A stretch of 64,000 nt of DNA, from contig NC_087437.1 of NCBI RefSeq assembly GCF_036321535.1, positions 22,322,001 to 22,386,000 on the forward strand, written 5' to 3'. Origin of the DNA: Camelus dromedarius. Taxonomy: Eukaryota. Made by a program: the position numbers and the translations under genes. How positions within the stretch are numbered: the stretch's first letter is position 1; each line of letters begins with the position of its first letter. Below, in pieces: positions 52,540 to 64,000 of this stretch. Below the pieces are notes generated by a model, which was not told where the DNA came from, did not search any database, and worked only from the letters and a program-made list of their open reading frames with translations.

Positions 52540-52915
52540 AGGTGGGCAGAGTTGCTCTGGGTGAGATCAGAATGTAATTTGAGGCCAAATTATAAAGGCT
52601 CTTGAATGCTATGCTTAGGAAAGTATTTTTCATTTTGTTTTGTTCTCCTGTAGGCAGTAGGGGTTGAAATAATTAGATTTATGTTCTACAGAAACCACTG
52701 GGGGCAAAACTGTGATATTAAGAAACTGGAGGCATAGAGGTCATTTAGTAGACTTACAGCAATAGTCTGACCAAGGGTCTAAACTAAGACAGTGGTGGTG
52801 GACAAGAGATGGAATTGAGAGCTGTGTGCATGGAGGGGGGGGGGTGGTGGGATGTGGTGGACTGGCTGTGGAGTGGAGAGGAAAGTACTGAGATGATTCC
52901 GAGTTTCTACTCCTG
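52540..52915 (-). mobile_element. L2 fragment
   Basis: 'gaggccaaattataaaggctcttgaatgctatgcttagga...ctgtaggcagtagg...aaactggaggca...tgagatgattccgagtttct'. Confidence 0.6.
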
Positions 52916-54139
52916 CCCTTAATGTTTCACCCCTGCCATTAGCCGCAGACGCAGACGGGAGGAATATGTGTGAGTTTTCCCTGAGGCACATCCTCCTAGA
53001 AAGGTGGAACAGAAGCTCGGCTCAGTGAGTTCTAAGCATCTCTATTGTGAGTGTAGCAAGGTCAGCTCTCTACCTTCTTAAGAAAAACAGCCCTTCCCAC
53101 ACCCTTAAGAGTTTTGGCTCTTTGCTTGTCTGAAGTGGAGGTTGAGACCAAACTGTAAAATCCAAGGAAAAAGGGAGGGGAAGTGGGTTTTCCAAGGGCA
53201 AGATCAGTGGCCTGGGAATGTTCATGGAAGATGGAGAAGGGTGTATCTTATTTAGTATTTGAAGACAGTTTGGACATCATATTTAAGAAAGGCTATAGAG
53301 AGGCTTAGGAAAGAGGCTCAGGAGAGTAATTTATCACAGTCTCGAAGAAGGTGAACATTTTCTGGATGAAAGCTGTGGCAATAGACATAGAAAAATTCCT
53401 GTTTGGATTAATATCTGTTATGTGGGACCATACCACATGGGAATTACCCAAATGTTATCAGTGTGGGCTTGGTATCAAGAAAAATAACCTCTCCCATTTC
53501 TTGTTTGCCTTCAAGCAAAGAATGATGGATCATGTCAGAGGTGTGATAGTGAGTCTCTTGGCCAGTAACTGGGTGGCTGGTTTTACACATCTATCCGAAG
53601 ACTGGTTGTAGAGCACACAGGTTAACGTGTACTCAGAAGCAACTCTGATTTTGAATTTGGGGAGGGATAAGATAATACATCTGCCAATGCAGTGAAGGAA
53701 GAAAGAGAGGTTTTATAATTTGGGGACAAGAAGCATTTGCTATGACTGAGCAAACCGCAGAAGAGTAAGAAACTGGGAAGTCTGGGGATGTTGCTGAGAG
53801 CGGAGCTGTCCCTCTGGGTTTCCACCGGTGCCCGGATGCACTGGCGTCTGGTGGTCCTTCATGTGCTCTGCTACGTTACACTTTCCCACCCCTGGGATCT
53901 GGCTGATTACCAACTTGCTAGATCAAGGGTTCATGTGACATTCCTGTGCTGGTGTCCTGGGGCTGTCCACATGACATTTTTTTTTTTATGAGATTATGGA
54001 TATGGGACAGCTTCCTTAGGTCCCTGTTAGGCTGATCAGAATAGAGAAGGGTCTGGCCTCTCTTGAACTCTTTGCTGACATAGTTTACTAAAACTACTAG
54101 GTGACTGCTACCAAGAGGCACAGAGCACAGAGCACAATC

Positions 54140-54285
54140 ATTAGGAGTTAGACACCTGACAAGCTGGTCCCACCATTCACCTGTGTGACTACAGGCGAGA
54201 AGCTGTGCCTCCCTTTCCCTTTCCCTTAAAATGGGATATAAGTAGTGACTATCCCACGGGGTGCTTGAGAGATGATGCAGGTAGG
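54140..54285 (+). mobile_element. MIR fragment
   Basis: 'ggagttagacacctg...ccattcacctgtgtgact...ctgtgcctc...taaaatgggata'. Confidence 0.55.
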
Positions 54286-55506
54286 AGGTTCTGCACAGGC
54301 TGCACCAAGAATTGCTCAGGAGTGGCAGCTGCTGTTCTGGTGGTGGTGGGTGATGACGCTGTTCTTTTTGCTACGGAGGTCTTCTGAATTAAGATTGTAC
54401 TGTGAGCATCTCCAGCATAGGAGCTGTGTTTCTGCCCTCCCTCACTTGACCTGAAAGTCAGTTCTCCATGTGATGTCTGGTTCCAGTGGAGGCTTATTTA
54501 TAGTGTTCAGACTAAGAGTAGGTGTGCCCTGGATGCAGAGATGAGCCACTGAGCTGGTGTTTCTCACCTCTGACGACTCGGAAGTATGCTCAGGAACATA
54601 TACGTATGCTGAAAACATAATGTTCTTTGAAAAATAAACACTAATAAACAAGTACAAGTCACCGACACAAATGCAGATCTACATCCTGTTCTTGAAGTTT
54701 GGCAAAACTTCCCTTGAGTGTGCCATGTTTAGTTCTGCCAAGATGTAAGCTAATTTCAGGCTACAGATAAGAGTCAATTAGAAACAGGACTGAGACTGAA
54801 TACACAGGCTAATTTCTTTTGACCCAAGCCGCAAGCACACTGACACACTTTGGTGAGAAGAGAGATGTAATAACTTATCAAGGCATCTGGCCTTTCTTCC
54901 CTAAGGCTTCACTCTGGGTGCCCTGTCTGGGCAATTAGGGATTTATCCTTTCAAGTGGATTAGCTTGTTGAAATTCTAGCGTGTTACCAGGTGGGGCGTC
55001 TTCTCAATGTCAAACTGATGATGGGTGAGAAAAAAAAGAGACTTTTTACTACTGAATATAAAATGGTTGTAGGAGTCTGCTTTGTATGTTGGTGTGAAAC
55101 CAAAAGTGGTTGAAAATAAATCCCAGACTGTCGGCGGTCTGAGTGAGAAGTAGAAAATTTAAAGCCTGGAGACTATTGTGGTTACTTCACAGTCAAACAC
55201 ATAGGCTCACATGACAATACCAGACGAGCATCTCCTTCCTTCACTCCAAACCACTCCGGCTACAAGGGACTCCAGGTGGAACTGCGGCAGAATCCCAGCT
55301 CTCCGTGAAGGCCCACACTGGGTGTGCAGTGTGGGTCTGGACTGCCACCCCAGAGCAGGCCTTCATGTTGCTGTTCTCGGATGTGCTCAGACTTCAGAGG
55401 GAAGGGGCCGGGATAGGAATGTGTTCTCTTGATGCAAAAATCAACAATGGACTTTGACAATGAGGGGGAAGTATGTGGAACATACATTTAGGGAACCATT
55501 AAATTC

Positions 55507-55829
55507 TATTTACAAACTCTATTTACAAACCAGAAACAGACTCACAGACGTAGGAAACAAACTATGGTTACCAAAAGGGAAAGGGCAGGGAGGAATAAAT
55601 TAGGGTTTGGGGATTAACAGACACACATTACTATATATAAAATAGATAAACAGTAAGGGCCTACTGTATAGCACAGGGAACTATATTCAATTTCTTATAA
55701 TAACATATAATAGAAAAGAATCAGAAAAGAAAATATATATGTATGTATATGTATAACTAAATCACTTTGCTGTATACCTGAAACTAATATTGTAAATCAA
55801 TTACACTTCAATAAAAATTAAAAAAAAAT
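55507..55829 (+). mobile_element. 5'-truncated cetartiodactyl-type LINE-1 3' end with poly(A)
   Basis: 'atttacaaaccagaaacagactcacagac...tatggttaccaaaagggaaagg...ctactgtatagcacagggaactatattcaa...aatcactttgctgtatacctgaaactaa...ttcaataaaaattaaaaaaaaa'. Flanked by 64-bp direct repeats. Confidence 0.9.
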
Positions 55830-57736
55830 AAGAATGGACTTTGACAATGAGGGAGAAATAAATGGAACATATGTTTAGGGAAACGTTAAATTCCTCTAGG
55901 CAAAAATCCAGGAGAAAAGTTGACCCAGCCAAAGTAAACGGTGACAAGGAAACATTTATGTGGAATGATGTCCTGGAAATAATCCTGAGAAGAGAACAAA
56001 AAAGCTTTGCAAGATTGATAGATGTTTATCTACAGTACAGCTGAGGCAGAAGGTGTAATTTCAGTGGCTGGTTCTGAAATCTCCATCCCAGATTGGTTTT
56101 AGCAGTTGGTAGGGCAGGTAATCTACAAGATGTTTTGAGAAGGCTACTGCCCTGAATCATGACCATTTTTAACTTCTAGTGCCTGAACTTCCTTAGCATG
56201 AGATAAAGTGCTTCATTCCCCATTGAAGATCGGTCCTAAAGGCAAGGACTTGGTAGAGGCAATATTTGGACTTGTAGTCAAACAATGTACAAGTGATTGG
56301 ATCAGACTTATTCCTGAGAACAGAAAGAGGTGAGAACAAAAGCCCAAGGGCAAAAGGTCACCAGGGTATTGAGAGAGGATGTAAGGGAGGCAGAGTGTGA
56401 AAAGGCAGCTGGAAACGTAAACTTAAAATCATAGTAGCAGCTAACATACGTTGAGTGTTTATGGAGGGCTAGAATATGCACTAGGTAGCATTCATGTTTT
56501 ATCTAAAGCATATGGAGGTTGGGAAGAGGATCTAAAGTTATCACTGTAACACCATGTATTTTAGTATTTAAAAAAAAACAAACTATAACCCATTTCTTAA
56601 GTTATCCATTCAAAGGCACTTGCGACTGGGTTCTGTAATAATTTTGCACCAGTACATCTGTTGCTTCTGGCTATCCATCAACAATGTCCTGCAGATAGTA
56701 CAGAATTATTAACCATGTGGACATAAACCACGAACAAATAGCTAGAAAAGATTGTTTCACCAACACTAATAAATCACTAAAACTGAAATTAAAATAGATT
56801 TTGGGTAAATAATGATTGCCAAAACCATTACTTAAGCCCCAAACTGGAAGTAGATTGTGATTCATAATCTATACAAATTAACAACTGAAATCTTATTTTC
56901 CTTCGGGGTGGTTAACACTTTTTAAGGCCATGTAATGCTGTTAATAGTTAATACTCAGCTTTGTGATATACATATATTTACTTTTTTTAATGAAAAAAAA
57001 ACATATTCTTTATTCTCAGAAGAGAGTGAAGTCAGAAATACCAGTCTCAATATTGCATTATCTTGCTTTTGCTAAGAATGAATAAATACCTTAATTTTTA
57101 GAGGGAAATTGACAGGAAGAGATAAAGGGTAAGCGAGGAAGCTGTTACTGCATGACTCATCAAAAAGAAGAAAATGATTTTCATTTCTTGGTGACAGGGA
57201 TTAAAGTAAATCACTAGAAAAATGTCTTCTCTGGCTAAACCAGCAGCTATTAACGATGAGGGGCATGCTCATGCAGGACTGTGTTAAAATAAAATGAAAT
57301 GCTTAAAGTAAAAGAATTCATGGTTAATGCTAGAATTACACTGACAACTGCACCTTGATTTCAGAATTAAAGGGTTAAAATCAGAGATGTAAAAACAGAA
57401 TTAATGAAAAGGCTGTTGGGAAGAAGTTATCTTAGAGCATATGAGAAAGAGGAAGACAAAAGGAGTGAGTAAAAATCTGCTGTAAAACAGGGTTTCAAAT
57501 GATCATGAAGACTACAGAAAGTGCACAGCGTGGAAAGAAAATTAGCATCAATTTGGCAGAAAATGAAATAATGAGAGTTAAGTGAATGCTGATGGCTAAT
57601 GCAACAATCAGGCTTTTTGCCTATCATTCCAGAAGATCATAATGATATTTTAAACTGTTGTATACGAACTGATATTTTTCCTGACACCACACTATCCAAG
57701 CCCTGCAAGTAAATATCAGCTAGGACAGGAGGACTC

Positions 57737-57855
57737 CTTCATTCATTCCCTCCTTCACTCACTTATTCACTCATTCATTCGGGAAATCCTGGTTGAGGAC
57801 ATCCCATGACCATTATTACATGCTAGATGTAGATGTTGTAATAGATATGAAAAAT
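57737..57855 (-). mobile_element. L2 3' terminus
   Basis: (TTCA)n-like tail 'ttcattcattccc...actcattcattc' followed by degenerate L2 end. Confidence 0.55.
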
Positions 57856-57885
57856 GTGTTAAGCCCAGATACATAAAGTATTTAC

Positions 57886-58050
57886 AGTGAATTTAATCAA
57901 ATCAAAGATGCCATCCATTATAAGGCACACTATTACTTCATATACTTCTAAGAAAAATGCTGCTAGTTGTACTCTGACACCATTGATTATAAGATTGACT
58001 TCAGAAATGTTAGGATGTGAAAAAATGTGCAGTTGGAATCAATGACACCC
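57886..58050 (-). mobile_element. MER104 (TcMar-Tc2) MITE
   Basis: 'aagatgccatccattataaggcacactattact...aaaaatgctgc...ccattgattataag...ttcagaaatgttaggatgtgaaaaaatgtgc...gaatcaatga' follows the recalled MER104 reverse complement. Confidence 0.75.
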
Positions 58051-58171
58051 CCACACAGAATAATCAAAATCCAGAGCTCAGTGCCCATGCTGGGCCATTA
58101 AGCACTCTAGCCTCTGGACACTTCACGTATAAGTAGTGTATTATCTGCCTGGTCCTTGGGGAAAAAGTCTA

Positions 58172-58386
58172 AGAGATTTGCAGATGTTAATCACTATATA
58201 TAAAATGAGATAAAAAATAAATTTCTTTTGTATAGCACAGGGAACTATATTCAATATCTTGTAATAACCTTTAATTAAAAAGAATATGAAAATGAATATA
58301 TGTATATATATATGTATGACTGGGACATTGTGCTGTACCCCAGAAATTGACACACTGTAACTGACTATACTTCAATTAAAAAAAAG
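58172..58386 (+). mobile_element. Camelid-type LINE-1 extreme 3' end with poly(A)
   Basis: 'gagatttgcagatgttaatcactatatataaaa...tgtatagcacagggaactatattcaatatcttgtaataacc...gactgggacattgtgctgtaccccagaaattgacacactgtaactgactatacttcaattaaaaaaaa'. Confidence 0.85.
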
Positions 58387-58675
58387 ATATTTAAAAATTT
58401 TTAAACAAATGGTCTTTTTATACTTATAGACTAAAAGGTAATACATCTGTTTCTTAATTCTACTGCAAAGAATCAAGTCTCTCAGTGAAATCAGGGCTGG
58501 GACTAGGTGACCTCTCTCTCCAGGCTAGGCAAGTGCTGAAGGTTAGCTTGATCCTGAGAGTGAGCATCTCCTTAAATTGTGCATCCTAGGTACTCTGTTT
58601 GCCTCACCCTAGTCCTGATCTTGGGCAAAATACCTTCACGATTGTTTTTGCTGCCCCACTCCTGGATTTGGGAAA

Positions 58676-59181
58676 TGTGTGACTTTTTCCATTTGCCCCT
58701 CTACATCTTCTCTTCCTCCTTCTCCTTACTGTCTTGGGTTCTGAGATGCTCAACAATGTGAACAGCGTTAACTGTGTTCTCTTGCTCTCTGGCTTTGGAA
58801 CGGTTTTGGCCAAAAGGAAGTGCTGGCAGGATATTGGAAAGAGGGAGAAGAGTGAAGACAGTATTGATTTCTCAAGCTCCCTTCTTGCCAGGTCACCATG
58901 GCGTCTGTGTCCCTCTTTCAAGGGGAGCTCCTCAGCTTCTAATTGGCAGCCTTCTCTGTACAGCTACTCTCTCTGGGTCCTGGTCAATATTCCCTCTCCT
59001 GCCCTTTCGGGTACAGAGTGGTAACTGGTCTCCACCGATTCTATTCCAGGGGTACTGCACTATCCCTTGCTGATTTTCTTAGGCCAGCCCCTATCTTTGT
59101 AAATACTCCTTTTATTAACTTTCTTTAAATGAGTCAACTTGAATCTGCCACTTGTTTCCTGCCTAAACTGGGGCTAATACA
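58676..59181 (+). mobile_element. LTR33 (ERVL) solo LTR
   Basis: TG...CA ends; 'cttgctctctggcttt...ttggccaaaaggaagtgctggcaggatattgga...ggggtactgcactatcccttg...ctttgtaaatactccttttattaa...tgtttcctgcc...ctaataca'. 5-bp flanks ggaaa and gaaaa match at 4/5. Confidence 0.85.
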
Positions 59182-60194
59182 GAAAATTTTATATCTGTGA
59201 GTATGCAGCTGTAGAAAGTTTTTACTTGGCTGGGAACTTTGTTTGCAGGCACTTGAAATTTCTTAGGGAACTCCTGAATATAATAAACAAATCTTAAACA
59301 CAGTTTCGTTTCCAGCCATAAAAGTTAGAATTGTGCTTTTAACTGTTTCTCTAGGGCATCTGCATATTCATGCCCAACTTGACAGAAACTGCTCCCAGCC
59401 CTAGGCCGGCTCAGATTTTCACCAGGATAATCTGCTGACTGCAGATATTAGGAGCGTAGATCATACCACAGATGTACTAGGACCTAAACAGGAGGAGATA
59501 AAAGCATTCCAGAACTAGATCCATTTATTACAACCAAAGGCAAAATATGCTTTATTAAATGTTCTGTCTTAAACTACTGAATTCAGGAAAAATGTTAAAG
59601 AGCTGGCAGAAGTCTTTCTAGAAACTAAAATTGTAACCTAGTGAAGCCATGAGGTAGATCTCACCAACTCAGCAATCTGGCTCCTGCTGACCGTCCTGAT
59701 GGTGAGCTTGGTAAAAACAGTTCACACCAGGCTCAGAAGGGACCTCAAATGGTATCATCCTACCACATCAAAAGATGAGAATGCCAAGACCCATACAGAG
59801 TATTCGGCAGAGGTAATTAGGTTGTAAGTAATAGAAATAAGACGTAAACCAGTTTTTAAACTTAGGTTGTTTCATTTCAACTTTGCATGCTGCCTATCTC
59901 AAATAAGCAAATGAATAATGATTGGGGAGATTATAAAACCTCTTTTATCCTTTGGTGAGAGGGGACTTTCAGAAGGAAAGATTAAAATGAAGAGGTTAGT
60001 GGAAGATACTTATTGTCTGAGACGTCAGGATAAAACAATACAGAGTGAATTTGAAATCTGAAAACAGTATTGGCTGTAATGTGGTTTGATGTGATATTTC
60101 TCAAACTCTAGTAATTCAGATAGCAGCTTTGTGATTGCTTTTTGCATCAGTGAAAGCCACCCGTACCATTATTTCTTTAATATTTTCCTTTAAA

Positions 60195-62500
60195 TTAACT
60201 TCTCTTCCTTCCATTCTGTCAATTTTGCTTTATGTATTTTGGGGCCTTGTTAAGAACATGTGTTTATAATTGTTATAGTTTCCTAATGAACTGAATTTTT
60301 TATCGTTATAAAGGAGTCTCTATCGAAGTGCGTGTGTGTGCGCGCAAGCGTGTGTGTGGTAGTCCATTTTGTCTGCTGTTAGTATACTGCTTCAGTTCTC
60401 GTACAGGTGCTATTTCCATGGTATATCTTTTTCCATCTTTTGCCTTTGAGCCTGTTTGTATCTTTGAATCTAGTTGGATCTTGTTTTTATTTTTTAAAAT
60501 AAATTCAATAATCTCTGCCTTTTGATTCAATTGTTTAGTTCATTCACTTAATGTTATTATTGATAAAATCAGGTTTACCTGTCATTTTGCTATTGCTTTC
60601 AATATGTTTCATGTATTTTTTATTCCTCTGTTCTTCCTTTATTACTTTATTTGTATTAAATGGATATTATCTTTGTATCATTTTAATTCCTCTATTAACT
60701 TTTAAAATATATATATATATTTTTAGTATTTTCTTAGTGGTTGTTCTGGGGATTACGATGTACATCTTAACTGATCAGACTACTTCAGATTTATATTAAA
60801 TTAACTCCAGTGAGATATAGAACATTTGTTCCACTCTATTCCCACTCTTTTGTATTATTAATACAATATACATCATATCCATGTATGTTACAAACCCCAA
60901 AATATAGTGTTATAATTGGCACTTTATATAATCTTATATTAAAATTATAAATATAAGATTAGATAAGATTGATAAATTAAGAGTATTATAAATTATAAAT
61001 TAATCTTACATAAAATTATAATTTATGAATCTTTAAATGTCTTTTTAAGAAACTAAGGAGAATACAGAAAAATATATTTACAAAGTTTTTATTGTAATCT
61101 TCTTATTTACTATTTCTGGTACTCTTCATTTCCTCCTGTGGACTTGAGTTGCCATCTTATGTCACTTCCTTGGTCACTAAATGTAGTATCCTTCCCTTCT
61201 TTGTTCTTTGTATTATTGTTGTCAAATACATATCTCTATATGCTATAGACCACACAATTCAATTTTATAGATATTGTTTTATTGTGTTGTCTTTTAATAA
61301 ATTAAGAGAAGAAAGGAGAAGAAATACTATCCTCTATAGCTAATACATAATTTCCTCTGCCAGCATTTTTTGTTTTTCATATGGATTAAATTATGGTCTA
61401 GTGTTACTTCCTTTCAGCCTGAAGAATTTCTTTAGTATTTTTTTGTAAGTCAGGTCTGCTGGCTACAAATTCTCTTAGTCTTTATTTATCTTGGAATGTC
61501 TTTATGTCTTCCTCACTTTTGAAGCTAACTTTGCTAGATATAGTGTTATTGGCTAACAGTTTTTTCCTTGAAGCACTTTAAATATGTTATCCACTAACAT
61601 TTGGACTCTATTGTTTCTGATAAGAAATGAGCTGTTAATGTCATTGGGATTCTCGTCTATGTGATGAATGATTTTTCTCTGTTGTTTTCAAGATTTTCTC
61701 TTTGTCTTTGATTTTCAACATTTTGACTGTGGTATCTTTAGATATGGTTTTTTTTGTTGTTTTTTCTTTTTGGAGTTTATTAAACTTAAATGTGTAGATT
61801 AATGTTTTTCATCATATCTGGGATGTTTTCAGCCATTATTTCTTTGAATATCTTTTCTGTCCCTTTCTTCCCTCTCCTTCTGGTATACTCACATGTTTGT
61901 GTGCTTAATAATGTCTCAGAGGATCTATTCATTTTTCCTTTTTATTTTTTTCTTAGTTCTTAAGATTGTATAATTTCTAATGCTCTATCTTCAAGTTTGC
62001 TACCTCTTTCTTTTTCCAGCTCAAATCTATGGTTAAGCCCCTGTAGTGAATTTTCCGCTTCATCTATTATACTCTGCAACTTCAGAATTTCCATTTTAAT
62101 ATAATTTCTGTCTCCTTATTGATATTCTCTATTTGATGAGTCTCAGTCATCATATCCTCCTTTAATTTTTTAAACATGGTTTCAGTTAGGTGTTTGAACT
62201 TATTTATAATAGTGGCTTTGATATCTTTGTCTCCTTTCCCTGGACCCCCTCAAATGCAGTTTTTACTGTTTACTTGCTGTTTTCCTGTATAAGGGTCACA
62301 ATATCCTGTTTCTTCCCATATTTCATAATATGTTGTCAAAAACTGGACATTATAGATATATATTGTACCAATTCTGAATTCTGATTAGCTCTCTCCCTTT
62401 CCCAGGGCATGATAATGTTGCTATTTTCTTAATTTGTTTGTTTAGTGGATTGCCTGGACAAATTATGTAAAGTCTATTTCCGTTTTGGAAGTCCTGCTCA
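60195..62500 (-). mobile_element. Ancient L1M (L1MC/L1MD-like) 5' half: ORF1 region and start of ORF2 endonuclease, antisense
   Basis: T-rich + strand with L1 motifs: 'ttcctttcagcctgaagaa', 'caggtctgctggctacaaattctcttag', 'ttttcaagattttctctttgtctttgattttcaaca', 'ctatcttcaagtttgct'. The frameshifted minus-strand translation at 60306-60530 resembles the L1 endonuclease N-terminus. Confidence 0.8.
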
Positions 62501-62761
62501 ACTGATGTTTTTACAAGCTTAGTTTATCTTAAACAACAGTATCTATGAAATCATGGTTTGATATTCTAGCTATATATTTAAATATCCATTTACGCTAGTA
62601 TACTATCAGCATTCACTGGATCTAAATTTAGTTTTTGAGTTTATTTTTGAGTAGTTCTATTTGTAAGTGTTGCTATATCATGACCTTCTTCTTCTTTCTT
62701 ATGTCTTCCAAAGGACAAAGGTAAATCTAACATATTAAAAAAATAAAATAATACTATTTTT

Positions 62762-64000
62762 TTCTTGAAATTACCACATATGTCCACTGGACACCTTTAA
62801 AAATCTAAGATATATTATAAAATTTTAGTGATCTTATTTTGCCTGTATCTTGAAAAATTTTGCTATTTTATCATCCTAGAAATTATGTCCCCATCACTTA
62901 TTATTTCAAATGATGCTAAAAAACTACTGAATTAATAAGAAAACAAGAATACTGATGGGATCATTTAGATACAATAGTGAAATGAGTCATCATTATGTTA
63001 TCATCCTTCAGTTATCTTATGTTGCCTAATATATTGCATCACCTGTCAAAAAGGTGTAAAAGACAGGAGGTACTCTCTTTATAGTCATAGTCTGCTTGTA
63101 GCTTTCACTGGACTCAACTGAGAATTCAGAATTTTTTTCATTTCTCACCCATAATGACAAAAAGAATAAAATTTACAACAGAAGATATTTCACAATTATT
63201 AGACAGATGAGAAGACAAATGCAAAGAGACAGCAAAACTCTATTCTCTAAGGATGATGGTCAAACTGTATTAGCAAAATCTTAGACCATAATTTTTCAGA
63301 TAACAATATCCTAGATGAATTGTTTTAAACTTAAGAATCCATGAGTTTATGAATTATGATGAATATAATTCTAAGAGCACAAAGGAGATGTGGTATTCTC
63401 ATCCATTGAGTCACTGAACAGGAAGAACTTCCTCATGCACTATTTCATAACAAGAATTTGGGTTATCCCATGTTTCTAAAAGGACATATCCCTTATTTGT
63501 TTATACTTTATGATGCTTTTGTGCCAAAATTATTTGATATGATTTGTAAGTAGACAAATGCTGAATCAGATATGTATACAAAGATGAGTGGAAGAAAATT
63601 AAAACAATTCAATAGACATTATTCTAACTGCTATTTGTAAATCTAAAATGGAAATATTTTGTAATGTGAAATTAGAAATATGGCCTCTTCAACAAAATTA
63701 TAATTAATCAAAATTATTAAAAAAACTTGAAGTTTTCCATTTTCATGATGAAGGTACAAAAAGAAGATCCTTAAGTAATTATAAGCTAGAACCTCTTAGC
63801 GATGCATTTGAAATCTGGAATATGTTCTTGGTACATGCATGACAGTTGACAAGCAATTAATTGAACTCAGAGGATGTTACTTAGTTCAGATTTCTCTCTC
63901 TCTTTTATGTATCTAAAGAGAGAAAGAGAGAGAGAAAAATATATAATAAAAACTGTGTTTGTGTTCTTACTGAATTTTTGAATTAAGGTGTTTTTCATTA
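62762..64000 (+). mobile_element. piggyBac-family DNA transposon (Looper-like), runs off the window edge
   Basis: Decayed transposase translation (next feature) preceded by an ~390-bp AT-rich leader. Left boundary is approximate. Confidence 0.75.
63154..63895 (+). pseudogene. Fossil piggyBac transposase (N-terminal half, multiple stops and frameshifts)
   Basis: Manual translation: ATG at 63154 gives MTKRIKFTTEDISQLLD; ~63364 gives YNSKSTKEMWYSHPLSH*TGRTSSCTI; ~63723 gives KLEVFHFHDEGTKRRSLSNYKLEPLSDAFEIWN; 63821 gives YVLGTCMTVDKQLIELRGC. These match piggyBac motifs 'LRFDD...DKL.PIR..FE.WN' and 'Y.PG...TVDEQL..FRGRC'. Confidence 0.75.

Noticed and set aside
60306..60530. 74-aa minus-strand ORF as a host gene exon
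   Set aside because: It is a frameshifted remnant of the L1 ORF2 endonuclease.

Overview
This is mammalian non-coding DNA, either intergenic or from a large intron. It is most likely camelid: it contains a Vic-1-like tRNA-derived SINE and a camelid-type L1 3' end, and I saw no Alu, B1/B2, Bov-tA/Bov-A2, PRE-1 or Can-SINE copies. I found no credible protein-coding exon, RNA gene, CpG-island promoter or CRISPR array. The listed ORFs look like chance ORFs or decayed repeats. A large part of the window is ancient interspersed repeat: MIR, L2, L1M, ERVL/MaLR solo LTRs (MLT2, MER21, MLT1F, LTR33) and DNA transposons (hAT, Tc2, piggyBac). Family names come from my memory of consensus sequences, not from a RepeatMasker/Dfam run, so subfamily calls and edges are approximate. 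The most notable observations are: (i) an L1 3' fragment flanked by an unusually long ~64-bp direct repeat; (ii) a fossil piggyBac (Looper-like) transposase, still readable up to its first catalytic Asp, at the right edge; (iii) an ungapped 70-bp copy of part of an hAT element lying 2.3 kb upstream of it; and (iv) a repeat-poor block with seven GATA sites plus TCF/LEF and SOX motifs, a candidate enhancer. I cannot support a claim of a wholly new biological system from this sequence.
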